DNA of 64,000 bases, from NCBI GenBank assembly GCA_019244185.1, contig JAFATB010000014.1, positions 224,001 to 288,000 on the forward strand. The letters run 5' to 3'. This document shows positions 29,097-41,806 of the stretch, piece after piece. How positions within the stretch are numbered: position 1 is the stretch's first letter; each line of letters begins with the position of its first letter. Made by a program: the position numbers and the translations under genes. A model generated the notes under the pieces. It saw only the letters and a program-made list of their open reading frames with translations, ran no database searches and was not told the DNA's origin. This stretch comes from Acidobacteriota bacterium (lineage in GTDB: Bacteria; Acidobacteriota; Thermoanaerobaculia; Gp7-AA8).

Positions 29097-30206
29097 ATGC
29101 CGGCCGAGCGCTCGATGCAGGACGTGCTGCGTAACCTATTGCAGTACGGCGAGTTGTCGTTTCGCGACTTCATGGAGGTGGCGCTCTATCACCCGCAGTT
29201 TGGCTACTACGCCACGCGCGAAAACCCGGTCGGCCGCAGCGGCGATTACGTCACCGCGCCCGTGCTCAGCCCGGCATTTTCGTTCGCGATCGGCAGGCTC
29301 GTCCGCGAGTTCGTGCGCCGTGCCGAGGGCGCGATGTGCTCCATCGTGGACATCGGATGCGGCGACGGCGGGCTGATCCGCGCGATCGCGGCGGAGATCG
29401 ACGCGCCGCATGCGCGCTTTTTCGGGGTCGACCGCGCGCTCGGACGCGTGCACGACGAGCACGCGCGCGTCACCTTTCTCAACACGCTCGATCAAGTGCC
29501 GCGCGACGGCATGCATGTCATCCTGTCGAACGAGCTCTTCGACGCGTTTCCGTTCGCGCGGCTCATGCAGCGCGGCGAGCACCTGCACGAGTTGTGGGTC
29601 GGCGAGCGCGGAGGAACGCTCGACTGGGTCGAGCGCGAGGCGCCTGGTCCGTACGAGCACTACTTCGCCGAGCGCGGGATCGAGCTCGCCGAGGGGCAGT
29701 TCGCGGACGTTTCGCTGGAGTGGGAGGCGTACTACGCGGACGTCGCGCATTTCGTGCGGCAGGGAATGATCGTCACGTTCGACTACGGCTTTCCGCAGCA
29801 GAAGCTGTTTCATCCGCGCGCGCGCCGCTTCGGCACCGCTGCGGCGTACGCGGGGCAGCGCGTCTCGCGCGATCTGCTCGCGAACGCGGGCGAGCAGGAC
29901 CTCACCGCCCACATCAACTTCACCGACCTCGAGCGCGCCGGCGAACGTGAAGGCGCGACGACGCTCTTCTTCGACCGCCTCGCTCCGTTTCTCCTCGGCG
30001 TCGGCATCGCCGAGCATCCGCTCTTCACGCCGGTGCACGAGCTGTCGGTGTCGAATGCGGAGCAGGGGATGGCGCTGATGGAAGCGCGCGAAGACGCGCG
30101 GCGGCTCGTGCTGCCGGACGGAATCGGCGAGGAATTGCGGGTGCTGGTGCAGGGGAAAGGGATCGCGATGGAGGGCTGGTCCTTCCAGAGTCCGCTGATT
30201 CCTTGA
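29097..30206 (+). CDS. SAM-dependent methyltransferase, MidA/NDUFAF7 family
   Basis: FRDFMEVALYHP.FGYY, GDYVTAP, DIGCGDG, NELFDAFP, FDYG, GEQDLTAHINF. Confidence 0.9.
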   Translation: MPAERSMQDVLRNLLQYGELSFRDFMEVALYHPQFGYYATRENPVGRSGDYVTAPVLSPAFSFAIGRLVREFVRRAEGAMCSIVDIGCGDGGLIRAIAAEIDAPHARFFGVDRALGRVHDEHARVTFLNTLDQVPRDGMHVILSNELFDAFPFARLMQRGEHLHELWVGERGGTLDWVEREAPGPYEHYFAERGIELAEGQFADVSLEWEAYYADVAHFVRQGMIVTFDYGFPQQKLFHPRARRFGTAAAYAGQRVSRDLLANAGEQDLTAHINFTDLERAGEREGATTLFFDRLAPFLLGVGIAEHPLFTPVHELSVSNAEQGMALMEAREDARRLVLPDGIGEELRVLVQGKGIAMEGWSFQSPLIP

Positions 30207-30260
30207 CTCTACGTTTTCGCCGTCTAGAATGAGCGGCGGTCGTCGTCAGCGAGAACAAGG

Positions 30261-30620
30261 ATGGCAAATTACTCGGTGCTGTTGGTCGCCGCGCTCATCG
30301 TGGTCTCCGTGCCGGTACTGACACTATTCATCATCACTCCACTCGTCCGCGCGTCGCGGGCGAACAAGGTGAAGCTCGAGCCGTATGAATGCGGCATCGC
30401 GCCGACGTCCTCAGCATTCGACCATCGTTTCTCGGTCCGCTACTTCCTCATCGCGGTCCTCTTCATCGTCTTCGACGTCGAGACGGTCTTCCTCTTCCCC
30501 TGGGCGATCAGGTTCAAACAACTCGGATGGTTCGGTGCCGTCGAAATGGCGGCGTTCCTGGCGATTCTCCTGATCGGGTATTTCTATGCGTGGAAGAGGA
30601 AGGTCCTTTCATGGGTCTGA
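30261..30620 (+). CDS. nuoA: NADH-quinone oxidoreductase subunit A
   Basis: PYECG, FIVFDVE, LFPWA; three TM. Confidence 0.95.
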   Translation: MANYSVLLVAALIVVSVPVLTLFIITPLVRASRANKVKLEPYECGIAPTSSAFDHRFSVRYFLIAVLFIVFDVETVFLFPWAIRFKQLGWFGAVEMAAFLAILLIGYFYAWKRKVLSWV

Positions 30621-31633
30621 TCGAGAATCGATTCGAGTCGAACGTTCTCACGACGACCGTCGACAAATTCTTCAACTGGGCGCGTAAATCTTCTCTCTGG
30701 CCGATGCAGTTCGGCCTGGCCTGCTGCGCCATCGAAATGATGGCCGTGCTCGATCCGCGGCACGACATGGCCCGCTTCGGCGCCGAGGTCTTCCGCGCTA
30801 CGCCGCGCCAGGCCGACCTCATGATCGTCTCCGGCACCGTCACGGAGAAGATGGCTCCGATCGTCCGCCGTCTGTGGGACCAGATGCCGGACCCGAAGTG
30901 GGTGATCTCGATGGGCTCGTGCGCGACGTGCGGCGGCCCGTACGACACGTACGCGGTGACGCAGGGCGTCGACCGCCTGATTCCTGTGGACGTCTACATT
31001 CCCGGATGTCCGCCTCGTCCCGAGGCGCTCATGTGGGGATTGATGGAGCTCCAGAAAAAGATCGAGCGGATGCACATCCTGCGGAAAGGCGGCGAGGCGT
31101 ACGACTTCGCGCGCGCCGCGGTCCGCGACTCGCTCCGGCCCGCGCATGAAGGTCCGGCGCTGCGCGCGGAGCAGGCCGCGCAGCTCAAGCCCGCGCCGAT
31201 CTCCGGCGTCAAGCGCGCGCCCACGCCGGCCGCGCCTCCGAAACCGAAAGCAGTTCCGGCCGCCGCCGCGGAAACGGCGGAAGCCGCGGACGTCACGCAG
31301 GCCGACATTCAGCAGGCCGCCGCCCCCGAGATGCCGCTCGATCAGCCGGAAACCGGCGCGTCGCCGGCGGTGCCGTTCCATCGCGACGATCTCACGCTCC
31401 CCGAGCGCATGACTCTCGCCAACGAGATGGGCGGCAACTGGGTGACGAAGCTCTTCGCGTCGATGGCGCAGACCGACTGCGGCGCGTGCGGCTGGGACTG
31501 CGAAGGCTACGCGAACGCGCTGGCCGAGGGCGAAACCGACGACATTTCTCTCTGCGTCCCCGGCGAATCCGAGACGCTCGACATGCTGAAACTTCTGATG
31601 GAGGAGGCGGGCAAGAGCTACTCGGGCGTGTAA
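30611..31633 (+). CDS. nuoB: NADH-quinone oxidoreductase subunit B with C-terminal extra Fe-S domain
   Basis: [19 protein letters not shown]; Ala/Pro linker then [16 protein letters not shown]. Confidence 0.95.
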   Translation: MGLIENRFESNVLTTTVDKFFNWARKSSLWPMQFGLACCAIEMMAVLDPRHDMARFGAEVFRATPRQADLMIVSGTVTEKMAPIVRRLWDQMPDPKWVISMGSCATCGGPYDTYAVTQGVDRLIPVDVYIPGCPPRPEALMWGLMELQKKIERMHILRKGGEAYDFARAAVRDSLRPAHEGPALRAEQAAQLKPAPISGVKRAPTPAAPPKPKAVPAAAAETAEAADVTQADIQQAAAPEMPLDQPETGASPAVPFHRDDLTLPERMTLANEMGGNWVTKLFASMAQTDCGACGWDCEGYANALAEGETDDISLCVPGESETLDMLKLLMEEAGKSYSGV

Positions 31634-31646
31634 GTCCCGCAGCGAA

Positions 31647-32435
31647 ATGTCAGAGACAACTCCGCCGAGCACACCGCCGCCCTCCGCGGCGCCCGCCGCG
31701 CCCACCGCACCTCCCGTGCGCGGGGCCGACGAGATTAAACGCGACCCGCTCGTCGCCGCCGCGGTGGCGCGCGCGGCCGACGCCGTGCTCGACGCGAGAG
31801 AGCTCGTCGGCGAGATCACGCTCTTCATCGACACCGCCCGCATCGCCGATGTCTGCCGCACGTTCAAGGACGACGGCTTCGTCTATCTCGTCGACCTCGC
31901 CGGCGTCGACTACTCGAAGTTCCCGAATCACACCGGCCCGCGCTTCAGCGTCGCCTACACGCTCTACTCCTTCCGCCGCAACGCGCGCGTGCGGCTGCGC
32001 GTCTGGACCGACGGCGACGTGCCGTCGGTGACCGCGGTGTGGAAGACCGCCAACTGGCACGAGCGCGAGACCTTCGACATGCTCGGCATCAACTTCACCG
32101 GCCATCCGAACCTCGAGCGCATCCTCATGTGGGACGGCTTCAACGGACATCCGCTGCGGAAGGACTTCCCGATCCGCGGAATCGATACCGGGGCGCGGAT
32201 CTATCCGGAAGTCTTTCCGGAAGGCGGCGGTCCGAAGGCCGGCTCGACCGGCAAGCCGGTGAACGATGTGAACCTCTACAAGGGCGAATGGAAGGCGTAC
32301 GGCAGCTCGCCCGCCGCGCAGATCGGCGGCGGCGCGAAACCGGCGCCGCCGAAGCCCGCGCCGAAACCGGTCGCCGCGCCGGCGCCCGCACCGGTGGCGG
32401 CGGCAGCCGATGACGACGCGGAGGAGGAGGCCTGA
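31647..32435 (+). CDS. nuoC: NADH-quinone oxidoreductase subunit C
   Basis: [27 protein letters not shown]; Pro/Ala-rich tails. Confidence 0.95.
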   Translation: MSETTPPSTPPPSAAPAAPTAPPVRGADEIKRDPLVAAAVARAADAVLDARELVGEITLFIDTARIADVCRTFKDDGFVYLVDLAGVDYSKFPNHTGPRFSVAYTLYSFRRNARVRLRVWTDGDVPSVTAVWKTANWHERETFDMLGINFTGHPNLERILMWDGFNGHPLRKDFPIRGIDTGARIYPEVFPEGGGPKAGSTGKPVNDVNLYKGEWKAYGSSPAAQIGGGAKPAPPKPAPKPVAAPAPAPVAAAADDDAEEEA

Positions 32436-33550
32436 TGTTCGACGTCCACGAAATGGAGGTCAACTTCGGTCCCCAGCATCCGTCGACGCACGGCGTGCTG
32501 CGCGTGCTGCTCAAGATCGACGGCGAGCGCATCATCGAGGCGAAGCCGGTCATCGGCTACCTGCATCGCGGCACCGAAAAGCTCTTCGAGCACATGGCCT
32601 ATCCGCAGTGCATCCCGCACACGGATCGGATGGATTACGTCGCCTCCGCCACGAACAACCTCGGCTTCGTCGAAACGGTCGAGAAGCTGATGGGCGTCAC
32701 GAAACAGATCCCGCGCCGCGCGCAGATCCTGCGCGTGATTCTCTCGGAACTGCAGCGCATCTCGTCGCACCTCTTGTGGCTCGCCACGCACGCGATCGAC
32801 ATCGGCGCGATGACGCCGTTCTTCTACTGCTTCCGCGAGCGCGAGCAGATCCTCGACTTCTTCGAGGCCTACTGCGGCGCGCGCCTCACGCTCAACTGCA
32901 TGCGCATCGGCGGCATGCCGGAAGACGTGCCGGCCGGCTGGCTCGAAGACATCGAGGCGTTCTGCGACAAGTTCGACGCGGCCGTCGACGAGTACGAGTC
33001 GCTGCTGACCACGAACCGCATCTGGAAGCGCCGCACCGTCGGCATCGGCGTGCTCTCGCCGGAAGAAGCGATCGAGTGGGGCATCACCGGACCGCCGCTG
33101 CGCGGCTCCGGCGTCGAATGGGACCTGCGCCGCGCGCAGCCGTACGAGATCTATCCCGAGCTCGACTTCGAAGTGCCGGTCGGCAAGAACGGCGATACGT
33201 ACGACCGCTACCTCGTGCGCATGGAAGAGATGCGGCAGTCGAACCGCATCCTCAAACAATGCATCCCGCTGATTCGCGAGACGCCTGCGGGTGACCTCAA
33301 GGCGAAGATCTCGAAAGTCATCCGCCCGCCGGAAGGCGAGGTTTATCACTCCATCGAGTCGCCGAAAGGGGAGCTCGGCTACTACATCGTGTCCGACGGC
33401 AAAACGCAGAACGCGTATCGCTGCCACGTCCGCCCGCCGAGCTTCGTGAATCTGCAGGCGCTGCCGGCGATGGCGCGCGGACATCTGGTCTCGGATCTCG
33501 TGGCGCTCATCGGCACGATCGACATCGTGTTGGGAGAGGTGGACAGGTGA
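32435..33550 (+). CDS. nuoD: NADH-quinone oxidoreductase subunit D
   Basis: [38 protein letters not shown]. Confidence 0.97.
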   Translation: MFDVHEMEVNFGPQHPSTHGVLRVLLKIDGERIIEAKPVIGYLHRGTEKLFEHMAYPQCIPHTDRMDYVASATNNLGFVETVEKLMGVTKQIPRRAQILRVILSELQRISSHLLWLATHAIDIGAMTPFFYCFREREQILDFFEAYCGARLTLNCMRIGGMPEDVPAGWLEDIEAFCDKFDAAVDEYESLLTTNRIWKRRTVGIGVLSPEEAIEWGITGPPLRGSGVEWDLRRAQPYEIYPELDFEVPVGKNGDTYDRYLVRMEEMRQSNRILKQCIPLIRETPAGDLKAKISKVIRPPEGEVYHSIESPKGELGYYIVSDGKTQNAYRCHVRPPSFVNLQALPAMARGHLVSDLVALIGTIDIVLGEVDR

Positions 33551-33669
33551 AAAAGATGAATGAAGAACGCAGAACGCAGAATAAAGAATTGAGAAAGTGC
33601 GCCACCCGCGCAGCGTCGTCCTCTTTCTACGTTCTTCATTCTGCGTTCTGCGTTCTTCATTCATCTTTT
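33551..33669. repeat. long inverted repeat built from heptamer units
   Basis: 38-nt arms 33551-33588 and 33632-33669 with one mismatch; GCAGAAC/GAAGAAC-type 7-mers. Confidence 0.85.
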
Positions 33670-33683
33670 AACGAGGTGGCCGC

Positions 33684-34826
33684 ATGAACAAGGCTCTCCT
33701 CACCTACCTCGTCTGGCCGCTGGTGAAGTTCCTCATCGCCTTCATCATCGTGCAGCTCATCGTCGTCGCCATGACATGGATCGAGCGGCGGCTGCTCGGA
33801 TTCATCCAGGCGCGGCTCGGACCGAATCGCGTCGGACCGTGGGGCCTCCTGCAGGGCATCGCCGATCCGGTGAAGCTGCTGCTGAAGGAAGACATCCTTC
33901 CGACGAGCGCGGAGAAGATCGCGTACTTCCTCGGACCGATGCTGCCGCTCATTCCGGCGTTCGTCGTCTTCGCGCTGATCCCGTACGGACCGCCGCCGGC
34001 GTTCACCGTCACGCGCGTCAACGTCGGGCTACTGCTCATCCTCGCCATCACGTCGACCGCGGTGTACGGCATCATCCTCGGCGGCTGGGCATCGAACAAC
34101 AAGTACTCGCTGATGGGCGGTCTTCGCTCGGCGGCGCAGATGGTGTCGTACGAAGTGCCGTTCGGCCTCTCCATCGTCGGCGTGCTGATGATCACCGGCT
34201 CGCTCGATCTCGTGCAGATCGTCCGCTATCAGGAAACGAACGCGTGGAACTTCCTCCCGCAGCTCGTGGCCTGCTTCATCTTCTTCGTGTCGATGAACGC
34301 GGAGAACAACCGCACGCCGTTCGATCTGCCGGAAGCGGAATCGGAGCTCGTCGCCGGATTCCACACCGAGTACTCGGGGATGAAGTTCGCGTTCTTCATG
34401 CTCGCCGAGTACTCGATGATGATCGTCAACTCGTGCCTCATCGTGACGCTCTTCTTCGGCGGCTGGACGTTCGGCATGTTCGGCGTCGGCCTCACCACGA
34501 GCGTGCTGCGCGGCATGGGCTTCTTCGGCGGCATTCTCGGCGCCGCCATCTTCTTCGCGAAAGTCATGGTCTTCATGCTGGTCTACGTCTGGTTTCGCGC
34601 GACGTTCCCGCGGTTCCGCTTCGATCAGCTGATGGACCTCGGATGGAAGTGGATGATCCCGCTCGCACTGGGGAACATCTTCGTCACCGGCCTCTTCATC
34701 CTCGCCGGACAGGAGCGGCTGATGTACTGGATCGGCCTCGCGCTCCTCGGCGCCACGGTGTTCTATCTCGGACGCAAACCGGCTCCGCGTAAGGGGATTC
34801 ATGCAAGTCGAGTATCCGAAGCCTAG
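33684..34826 (+). CDS. nuoH: NADH-quinone oxidoreductase subunit H
   Basis: RLGPNRVGP, KLLLKED, SYEVP, RTPFDLPEAESELVAGFHTEYSG. Confidence 0.97.
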   Translation: MNKALLTYLVWPLVKFLIAFIIVQLIVVAMTWIERRLLGFIQARLGPNRVGPWGLLQGIADPVKLLLKEDILPTSAEKIAYFLGPMLPLIPAFVVFALIPYGPPPAFTVTRVNVGLLLILAITSTAVYGIILGGWASNNKYSLMGGLRSAAQMVSYEVPFGLSIVGVLMITGSLDLVQIVRYQETNAWNFLPQLVACFIFFVSMNAENNRTPFDLPEAESELVAGFHTEYSGMKFAFFMLAEYSMMIVNSCLIVTLFFGGWTFGMFGVGLTTSVLRGMGFFGGILGAAIFFAKVMVFMLVYVWFRATFPRFRFDQLMDLGWKWMIPLALGNIFVTGLFILAGQERLMYWIGLALLGATVFYLGRKPAPRKGIHASRVSEA

Positions 34827-35331
34827 CTGGTCGCAGAAGTTCCTCGTGCTCGACCTCCTCGAGGGGTTGAAGACGACGTTCCGCGAGCTGTTCAAGCCGA
34901 AGGTGACGGTGCGTTATCCCGAGGAGCGCAACGAGCCGACGGACCGCTTCCGAGGAATGTTCAAGTTCTCGTACGACCGCTGCATCGCGTGCAAGCTGTG
35001 CGCGGTGGCGTGCCCGATCGACATCATCTACATCGACGTGCACGACGACATGATCGAAGAGGGCGGGAAGAAGAAGAAAGTCAAAGTCCTCGACCGCTAC
35101 GACATCGACGTGAAGCGCTGCATGTTCTGCGCGCTCTGCGAAGAAGCGTGCCCCACGAAGCCAAAGTCGATCTGGCTGACCACGAAGACCTACGAGCTCG
35201 CGACGTACGATCGCAACGATCTCTACTTCAACATGCAGGAGCTCGAGTACTGGGAAGACCGGCCGCGCTACACCGGGCTGCCGGAGGAGGACGAGAAGCC
35301 GCGCCTCGACGAGACGCGCCTCCTCAAATAG
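34801..35331 (+). CDS. nuoI: NADH-quinone oxidoreductase subunit I
   Basis: TVRYPEE, FRG, two CxxCxxCxxxCP. Confidence 0.95.
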   Translation: MQVEYPKPSWSQKFLVLDLLEGLKTTFRELFKPKVTVRYPEERNEPTDRFRGMFKFSYDRCIACKLCAVACPIDIIYIDVHDDMIEEGGKKKKVKVLDRYDIDVKRCMFCALCEEACPTKPKSIWLTTKTYELATYDRNDLYFNMQELEYWEDRPRYTGLPEEDEKPRLDETRLLK

Positions 35332-35333
35332 CG

Positions 35334-36014
35334 ATGGACGCCGTCAGCTCCAGCATGCCGCTGCTCGTCTTCGTCGTCATCGGGACGATCGCCGTCGCGT
35401 CGTCGATCCTCGTCGTGGCGATGCGCAACCCGGTGCATTCCGCGCTGTTTCTCCTGCTCACGTTTCTGTGCGTGGCGGTGTTGTTCGTCCTGCGCAGCGC
35501 GGAGTTCGTCGCCGCCGTGCAGGTGCTCGTCTACGCGGGCGGCATCATGGTGTTGTTCCTCTTCGTGGTCATGCTGATCAACGTGCGCCATCTGCCGGAA
35601 GAGCGCGTGCTCTCGCCGGTCTGGCTCGGCGGGATCGGCGTCGGTCTCGCGATGTTCGTGCTCTTCGCGACGATCGTCCGTCCCGGCACTTACCACGATG
35701 AAGTTCCAAACGCCGACAAGAAGCTGACCACCGTTGACGAGACCTATCTCACGCAGGACGCGACCAATCCGAACCGCCTCGTGCGCCATCACCGCCAGCG
35801 TGAGAACCGCAACGCGGAAGCAGTGGGCATGGCGCTCTACACCGACTATCTCGTGCCGTTCGAAGTCGCGTCGCTCTTCCTGCTCGTGGCGATGATCGGC
35901 GCGATCGTGATCGGCAAGCGCGAGCTCTCCGCGGCGGAAGAAGAGACCGCGCCCGACTACATGCTCGAGCGCGTGGAGACGGAGAAGGAAGTGAAGGAGG
36001 CGCTGAGCGCCTAG
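35334..36014 (+). CDS. nuoJ: NADH-quinone oxidoreductase subunit J
   Basis: NPVHSAL, QVLVYAGGIMVLFLF, PFEVAS. Confidence 0.95.
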   Translation: MDAVSSSMPLLVFVVIGTIAVASSILVVAMRNPVHSALFLLLTFLCVAVLFVLRSAEFVAAVQVLVYAGGIMVLFLFVVMLINVRHLPEERVLSPVWLGGIGVGLAMFVLFATIVRPGTYHDEVPNADKKLTTVDETYLTQDATNPNRLVRHHRQRENRNAEAVGMALYTDYLVPFEVASLFLLVAMIGAIVIGKRELSAAEEETAPDYMLERVETEKEVKEALSA

Positions 36015-36028
36015 CGCTCGCGAGCACG

Positions 36029-36323
36029 ATGCCCAGCACGCAGGCGTACCTGATGTTGTCCGGCACACTCTTCGCCGTCGGCCTGGTCGGCGTGATCATC
36101 CGCCGCAACATGATCACGGTGCTCATGTGCATCGAGCTGATGCTCAACGCCGTGAACATCAACCTCGTCGCCTTCTCGCATCACATCGCCTCGCTGGAAG
36201 GGCAGGTCTTCACGATCTTCGTGATCACCATCGCCGCGGGCGAGGCGGCGGTCGGACTGGCGATCATCATTCAGCTCTACCGGCTGCGCTCCACGATCAA
36301 CGTCGACGAAGCGAGGACGCTGC

Positions 36324-36331
<8 letters not shown>
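36029..36331 (+). CDS. nuoK: NADH-quinone oxidoreductase subunit K
   Basis: RRN, IELMLNAVN, AAGEAAVGLA. Confidence 0.97.
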
Positions 36332-38486
<2,155 letters not shown>

Positions 38487-38500
38487 GGAGCGGTGCGTTC

Positions 38501-40111
38501 ATGGGCATTCTCAACGTCATCACCTACATCCCGCTGATCGGCGCGCTGGTGATCCTGTTCTTCGTGAACCGGAGCAACGCGCGGATGATCCGGGTCCTCG
38601 CGACGGCGACGGCGGTCCTCGACTTCCTTGTCTCGCTCTGGTTGTGGCCCAACTTCGACCGCGCCGCGACGGGCACGAAGATGTGGCAGTTCCGCGAGAC
38701 GTACGACTGGATCCCGTCGCTCGGCGTCAAGTACGACTTCGGCATCGACGGCATCTCGCTCCTGCTCATCCTCCTCACCACGTTCATGGGCATCATCGCG
38801 GTGGTCTCGTCGTACACGGCGATCCATCACCGCGAGAAGGAGTACTACACGCTGCTGCTCATGCTGCAGACCGGCATGATCGGCACGTTCTGCGCGCTCG
38901 ACTTCTTCCTCTTCTACGTCTTTTGGGAAATCATGCTCGTGCCGATGTACTTCATCATCGGCATCTGGGGCGGCGCGCGGAAGCTCTACGCCGCGATCAA
39001 GTTCTTCCTCTACACGCTCGCCGGATCGGTGCTGATGCTGCTCTCGATCCTCGCGCTCTACTTCTTCAACGACGGCGGCATCGGCTTCCTCAACATCAAA
39101 GGCCTCGGCAATCCGGGCACGTTCAGCGTCCTGCAGTTCCACGAGATCGGCCATCTCATTCCGCCGTCGCTGCAGTTCTGGATCTTCCTCGGATTCTTCT
39201 TCGGCTTCGCCATCAAAGTCCCGATGTTTCCGTTCCATACGTGGCTGCCGGACGCGCACGTCGAGGCGCCGACCGCGGGCTCGATCATCCTCGCCGCGGT
39301 GCTCCTCAAGATGGGCACGTACGGATTCGTGCGTTTCGCGCTGCCGATCCTGCCCAGCGCCACGAAGCAGCTCCTCGTGCCGATCGTCGTGCTCTCGCTC
39401 ATCGGCATCGTCTACGGCGCGCTCGTGTCGCTCGTGCAGAAGGACATGAAGAAGCTCGTCGCGTATTCATCGGTCTCGCACCTCGGCTTCGTCATGCTCG
39501 GCATGTTCGCGCTCAACCCGATGGGACTGCGCGGCTCGGTGCTGCAGATGATCAACCACGGCATCTCCACCGGCGCGCTCTTCCTGCTCGTCGGCATCAT
39601 CTACGAGCGGCGCCACACGCGGCTCATCGCCGACTACGGCGGGCTCGCGAAGCAGATGCCGATGTATGCGGCGCTGTTCCTCGTCGCCGCGCTGTCGTCG
39701 ATGGGACTGCCCGCGCTGAACGGCTTCATCGGCGAGTTCACGATTCTCCTCGGCGCCGCGAACTCGACCGCGTTCGGCACGATGGCCTACGCCGTCATTG
39801 CCGCGATCGGGATCGTCCTCGGCGCGGCGTATCTGCTCTGGCTCTATCAGCGCGTGTTCTGGGGCCCGCTCGACAATCCTGAGAACGCGAACGTGCCCGA
39901 CGTCAACCGCCGCGAGCTCGGGCTGATGCTCGCGCTGATCGCGTTGATGTTGTGGATCGGCATCTATCCGAAGCCGCTCTTCGACGTGCTCGAGAAGCCG
40001 GTCGACTACATCGTGCAGAAGGTCGAGCCGACGTACTTCGACAAGCAGCCGCTCACGTATCCAGCCTCGCCGGCGGCCACGACCGAGCATCGCGAGGTGG
40101 CCGAGAAATGA
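38501..40111 (+). CDS. nuoM: NADH-quinone oxidoreductase subunit M
   Basis: FWE, KVPMFPFHTWLPDAHVEAP, LLKMGTYG, GFIGEF. Confidence 0.97.
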   Translation: MGILNVITYIPLIGALVILFFVNRSNARMIRVLATATAVLDFLVSLWLWPNFDRAATGTKMWQFRETYDWIPSLGVKYDFGIDGISLLLILLTTFMGIIAVVSSYTAIHHREKEYYTLLLMLQTGMIGTFCALDFFLFYVFWEIMLVPMYFIIGIWGGARKLYAAIKFFLYTLAGSVLMLLSILALYFFNDGGIGFLNIKGLGNPGTFSVLQFHEIGHLIPPSLQFWIFLGFFFGFAIKVPMFPFHTWLPDAHVEAPTAGSIILAAVLLKMGTYGFVRFALPILPSATKQLLVPIVVLSLIGIVYGALVSLVQKDMKKLVAYSSVSHLGFVMLGMFALNPMGLRGSVLQMINHGISTGALFLLVGIIYERRHTRLIADYGGLAKQMPMYAALFLVAALSSMGLPALNGFIGEFTILLGAANSTAFGTMAYAVIAAIGIVLGAAYLLWLYQRVFWGPLDNPENANVPDVNRRELGLMLALIALMLWIGIYPKPLFDVLEKPVDYIVQKVEPTYFDKQPLTYPASPAATTEHREVAEK

Positions 40112-41598
40112 TGACGTGGGGCGACGCGCTGTTCCTGCTTCCCGAGCTCGTGCTCGCGCTCGGCGCGTCGCTGCTGCTCATCGCGCCCGTCGTCGGGCGC
40201 GGCGAGACCCGCAGATCGGGAGACTCCGCGAAATGGGCGATGCTCGCGCTCCTCGCGATCACCGCGGGCGCCGTCTTTCTGAGCTCGTGGGGCGTGCAGA
40301 GCGTGCATCAGTCGCGCGGCTTCCGCGCGATGTTCGCGCTCGACGGCTTCTCGCTCTTCTTCAAGCTGCTGTTCCTGGTCATTCTCGCGCTCGTCACGCT
40401 GCTCTCCGACGGCTACCTGCGCGGCACGCGATATTCGGCCTGGGAGTACTACTCGCTGCTCGCGTTCGCGCTTTGTGGCATGTTCTTCATGGCGTCGGGC
40501 ATTCATCTCGCGACGATCTACGTCGGCCTCGAGCTGATGTCGCTGTCGAGCTACATCCTCGCCGGCTACTTCAAGAACGAACAGAAGAGCACCGAGGCGG
40601 CGATGAAGTACTTCGTCCTCGGCGCGGTCAGCTCCGCGATTCTGTTGTACGGAATCTCGCTGATCTACGGTGTCACGGGGACGCTGAGTCTGGTCGGCGT
40701 GTCGAACGCGATGGCGACGCTCGTGACGAACGACGCGCTGATGTTCGGCATCATGATGTTGGGCGCGGGACTCTGCTTCAAGATCGCGGCCGCGCCGTTC
40801 CACGTCTGGACGCCCGACGTTTACGAAGGTGCGCCGACGCCGGTCACCGCGTTCCTGTCGACCGCATCGAAAGCCGCGGCCTTCGCGATCTTCGCGCGCA
40901 TCTTCTACGTCGGCGTGCATCACTTCCGGCTCGACTGGCAGTACGTGCTCGCGATCGTCGCGGCGCTGTCGATGATCCTCGGCAACCTCGCCGCGATCAC
41001 GCAGGACAACGTGAAGCGCATGCTCGCGTACTCGTCGATCGGCCACGCCGGCTACGTGCTGCTCGGCATCATCTCGGTGAGCGAGATGGGCTTGCGCGGC
41101 ATCCTCGTATACTCGGTCGTCTACGTCTTCGCCACGCTCGGCATCTGGGCCACGGTGCTCATGCTGCAGCAGCAGGAGTACGCCGGTGAGCTCGTCGACG
41201 ACTTCGAAGGACTGCATCGCCGCGCGCCGTTCTGGGCGTTCGCGATGGTCGTCTTCCTGCTCTCGCTCGGCGGCATTCCGCCGACCGCGGGCTTCATCGG
41301 CAAGTACTTCCTGTTCTACGCGGCCGTCGGCGCCGGCTTCGGCTGGCTTGCCATCATCGCGGTGCTGATGTCGGCCGTGTCGATGTTCTTCTACTTCCGC
41401 CTGGTGATGGCGATGTACCTGCGAGAGGGGAGAGAAGACGCGCTGCCCGCGCAGGGAACGCTGCGCTTCGTCGCGGCGATCTGTCTCGTGGTCACGCTGC
41501 TCTTCGGCATCCTGCCGTCACCGCTCATCGATCAGGCGCGCATCTCCGGTCGCGGCGTTGCCGCGCGTGCCGCCCTGGTGACGCCGAATGGACGATAA
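40108..41598 (+). CDS. nuoN: NADH-quinone oxidoreductase subunit N
   Basis: EAAMKYF, FKIAAAPFHVWTPDVYEGAP, KRMLAYSSI, GFIGK. Confidence 0.97.
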   Translation: MMTWGDALFLLPELVLALGASLLLIAPVVGRGETRRSGDSAKWAMLALLAITAGAVFLSSWGVQSVHQSRGFRAMFALDGFSLFFKLLFLVILALVTLLSDGYLRGTRYSAWEYYSLLAFALCGMFFMASGIHLATIYVGLELMSLSSYILAGYFKNEQKSTEAAMKYFVLGAVSSAILLYGISLIYGVTGTLSLVGVSNAMATLVTNDALMFGIMMLGAGLCFKIAAAPFHVWTPDVYEGAPTPVTAFLSTASKAAAFAIFARIFYVGVHHFRLDWQYVLAIVAALSMILGNLAAITQDNVKRMLAYSSIGHAGYVLLGIISVSEMGLRGILVYSVVYVFATLGIWATVLMLQQQEYAGELVDDFEGLHRRAPFWAFAMVVFLLSLGGIPPTAGFIGKYFLFYAAVGAGFGWLAIIAVLMSAVSMFFYFRLVMAMYLREGREDALPAQGTLRFVAAICLVVTLLFGILPSPLIDQARISGRGVAARAALVTPNGR

Positions 41599-41806
41599 AG
41601 AGGGGCGCGACTTCCGCCAGATGATGGAGGCCTCCTCCATCGGCTGGATGTTTCCGATCGCGATGGCGCTCGGCTTCGGCTGGGGCTGGGGGATGGACAA
41701 GCTGTTCGGCACGAAGCCGTGGCTGACGGTCGTGTTCACGCTCTTCGGCGTGATCGCCGCGTTCATCAACCTTTTCCGCTTCGCGTCGAAAGATGGACCA
41801 CCGTGA
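41588..41806 (+). CDS. atpZ: AtpZ/AtpI-family F0 accessory protein
   Basis: Two TM, 'GWGMDKLFGTKPW'; overlaps nuoN stop; precedes atpI/atpB. Confidence 0.8.
   Translation: MDDKEGRDFRQMMEASSIGWMFPIAMALGFGWGWGMDKLFGTKPWLTVVFTLFGVIAAFINLFRFASKDGPP

Noticed and set aside
33551-33669. CRISPR array or IS/MITE
   Set aside because: No repeat-spacer structure, cas genes, transposase or evident target-site duplication
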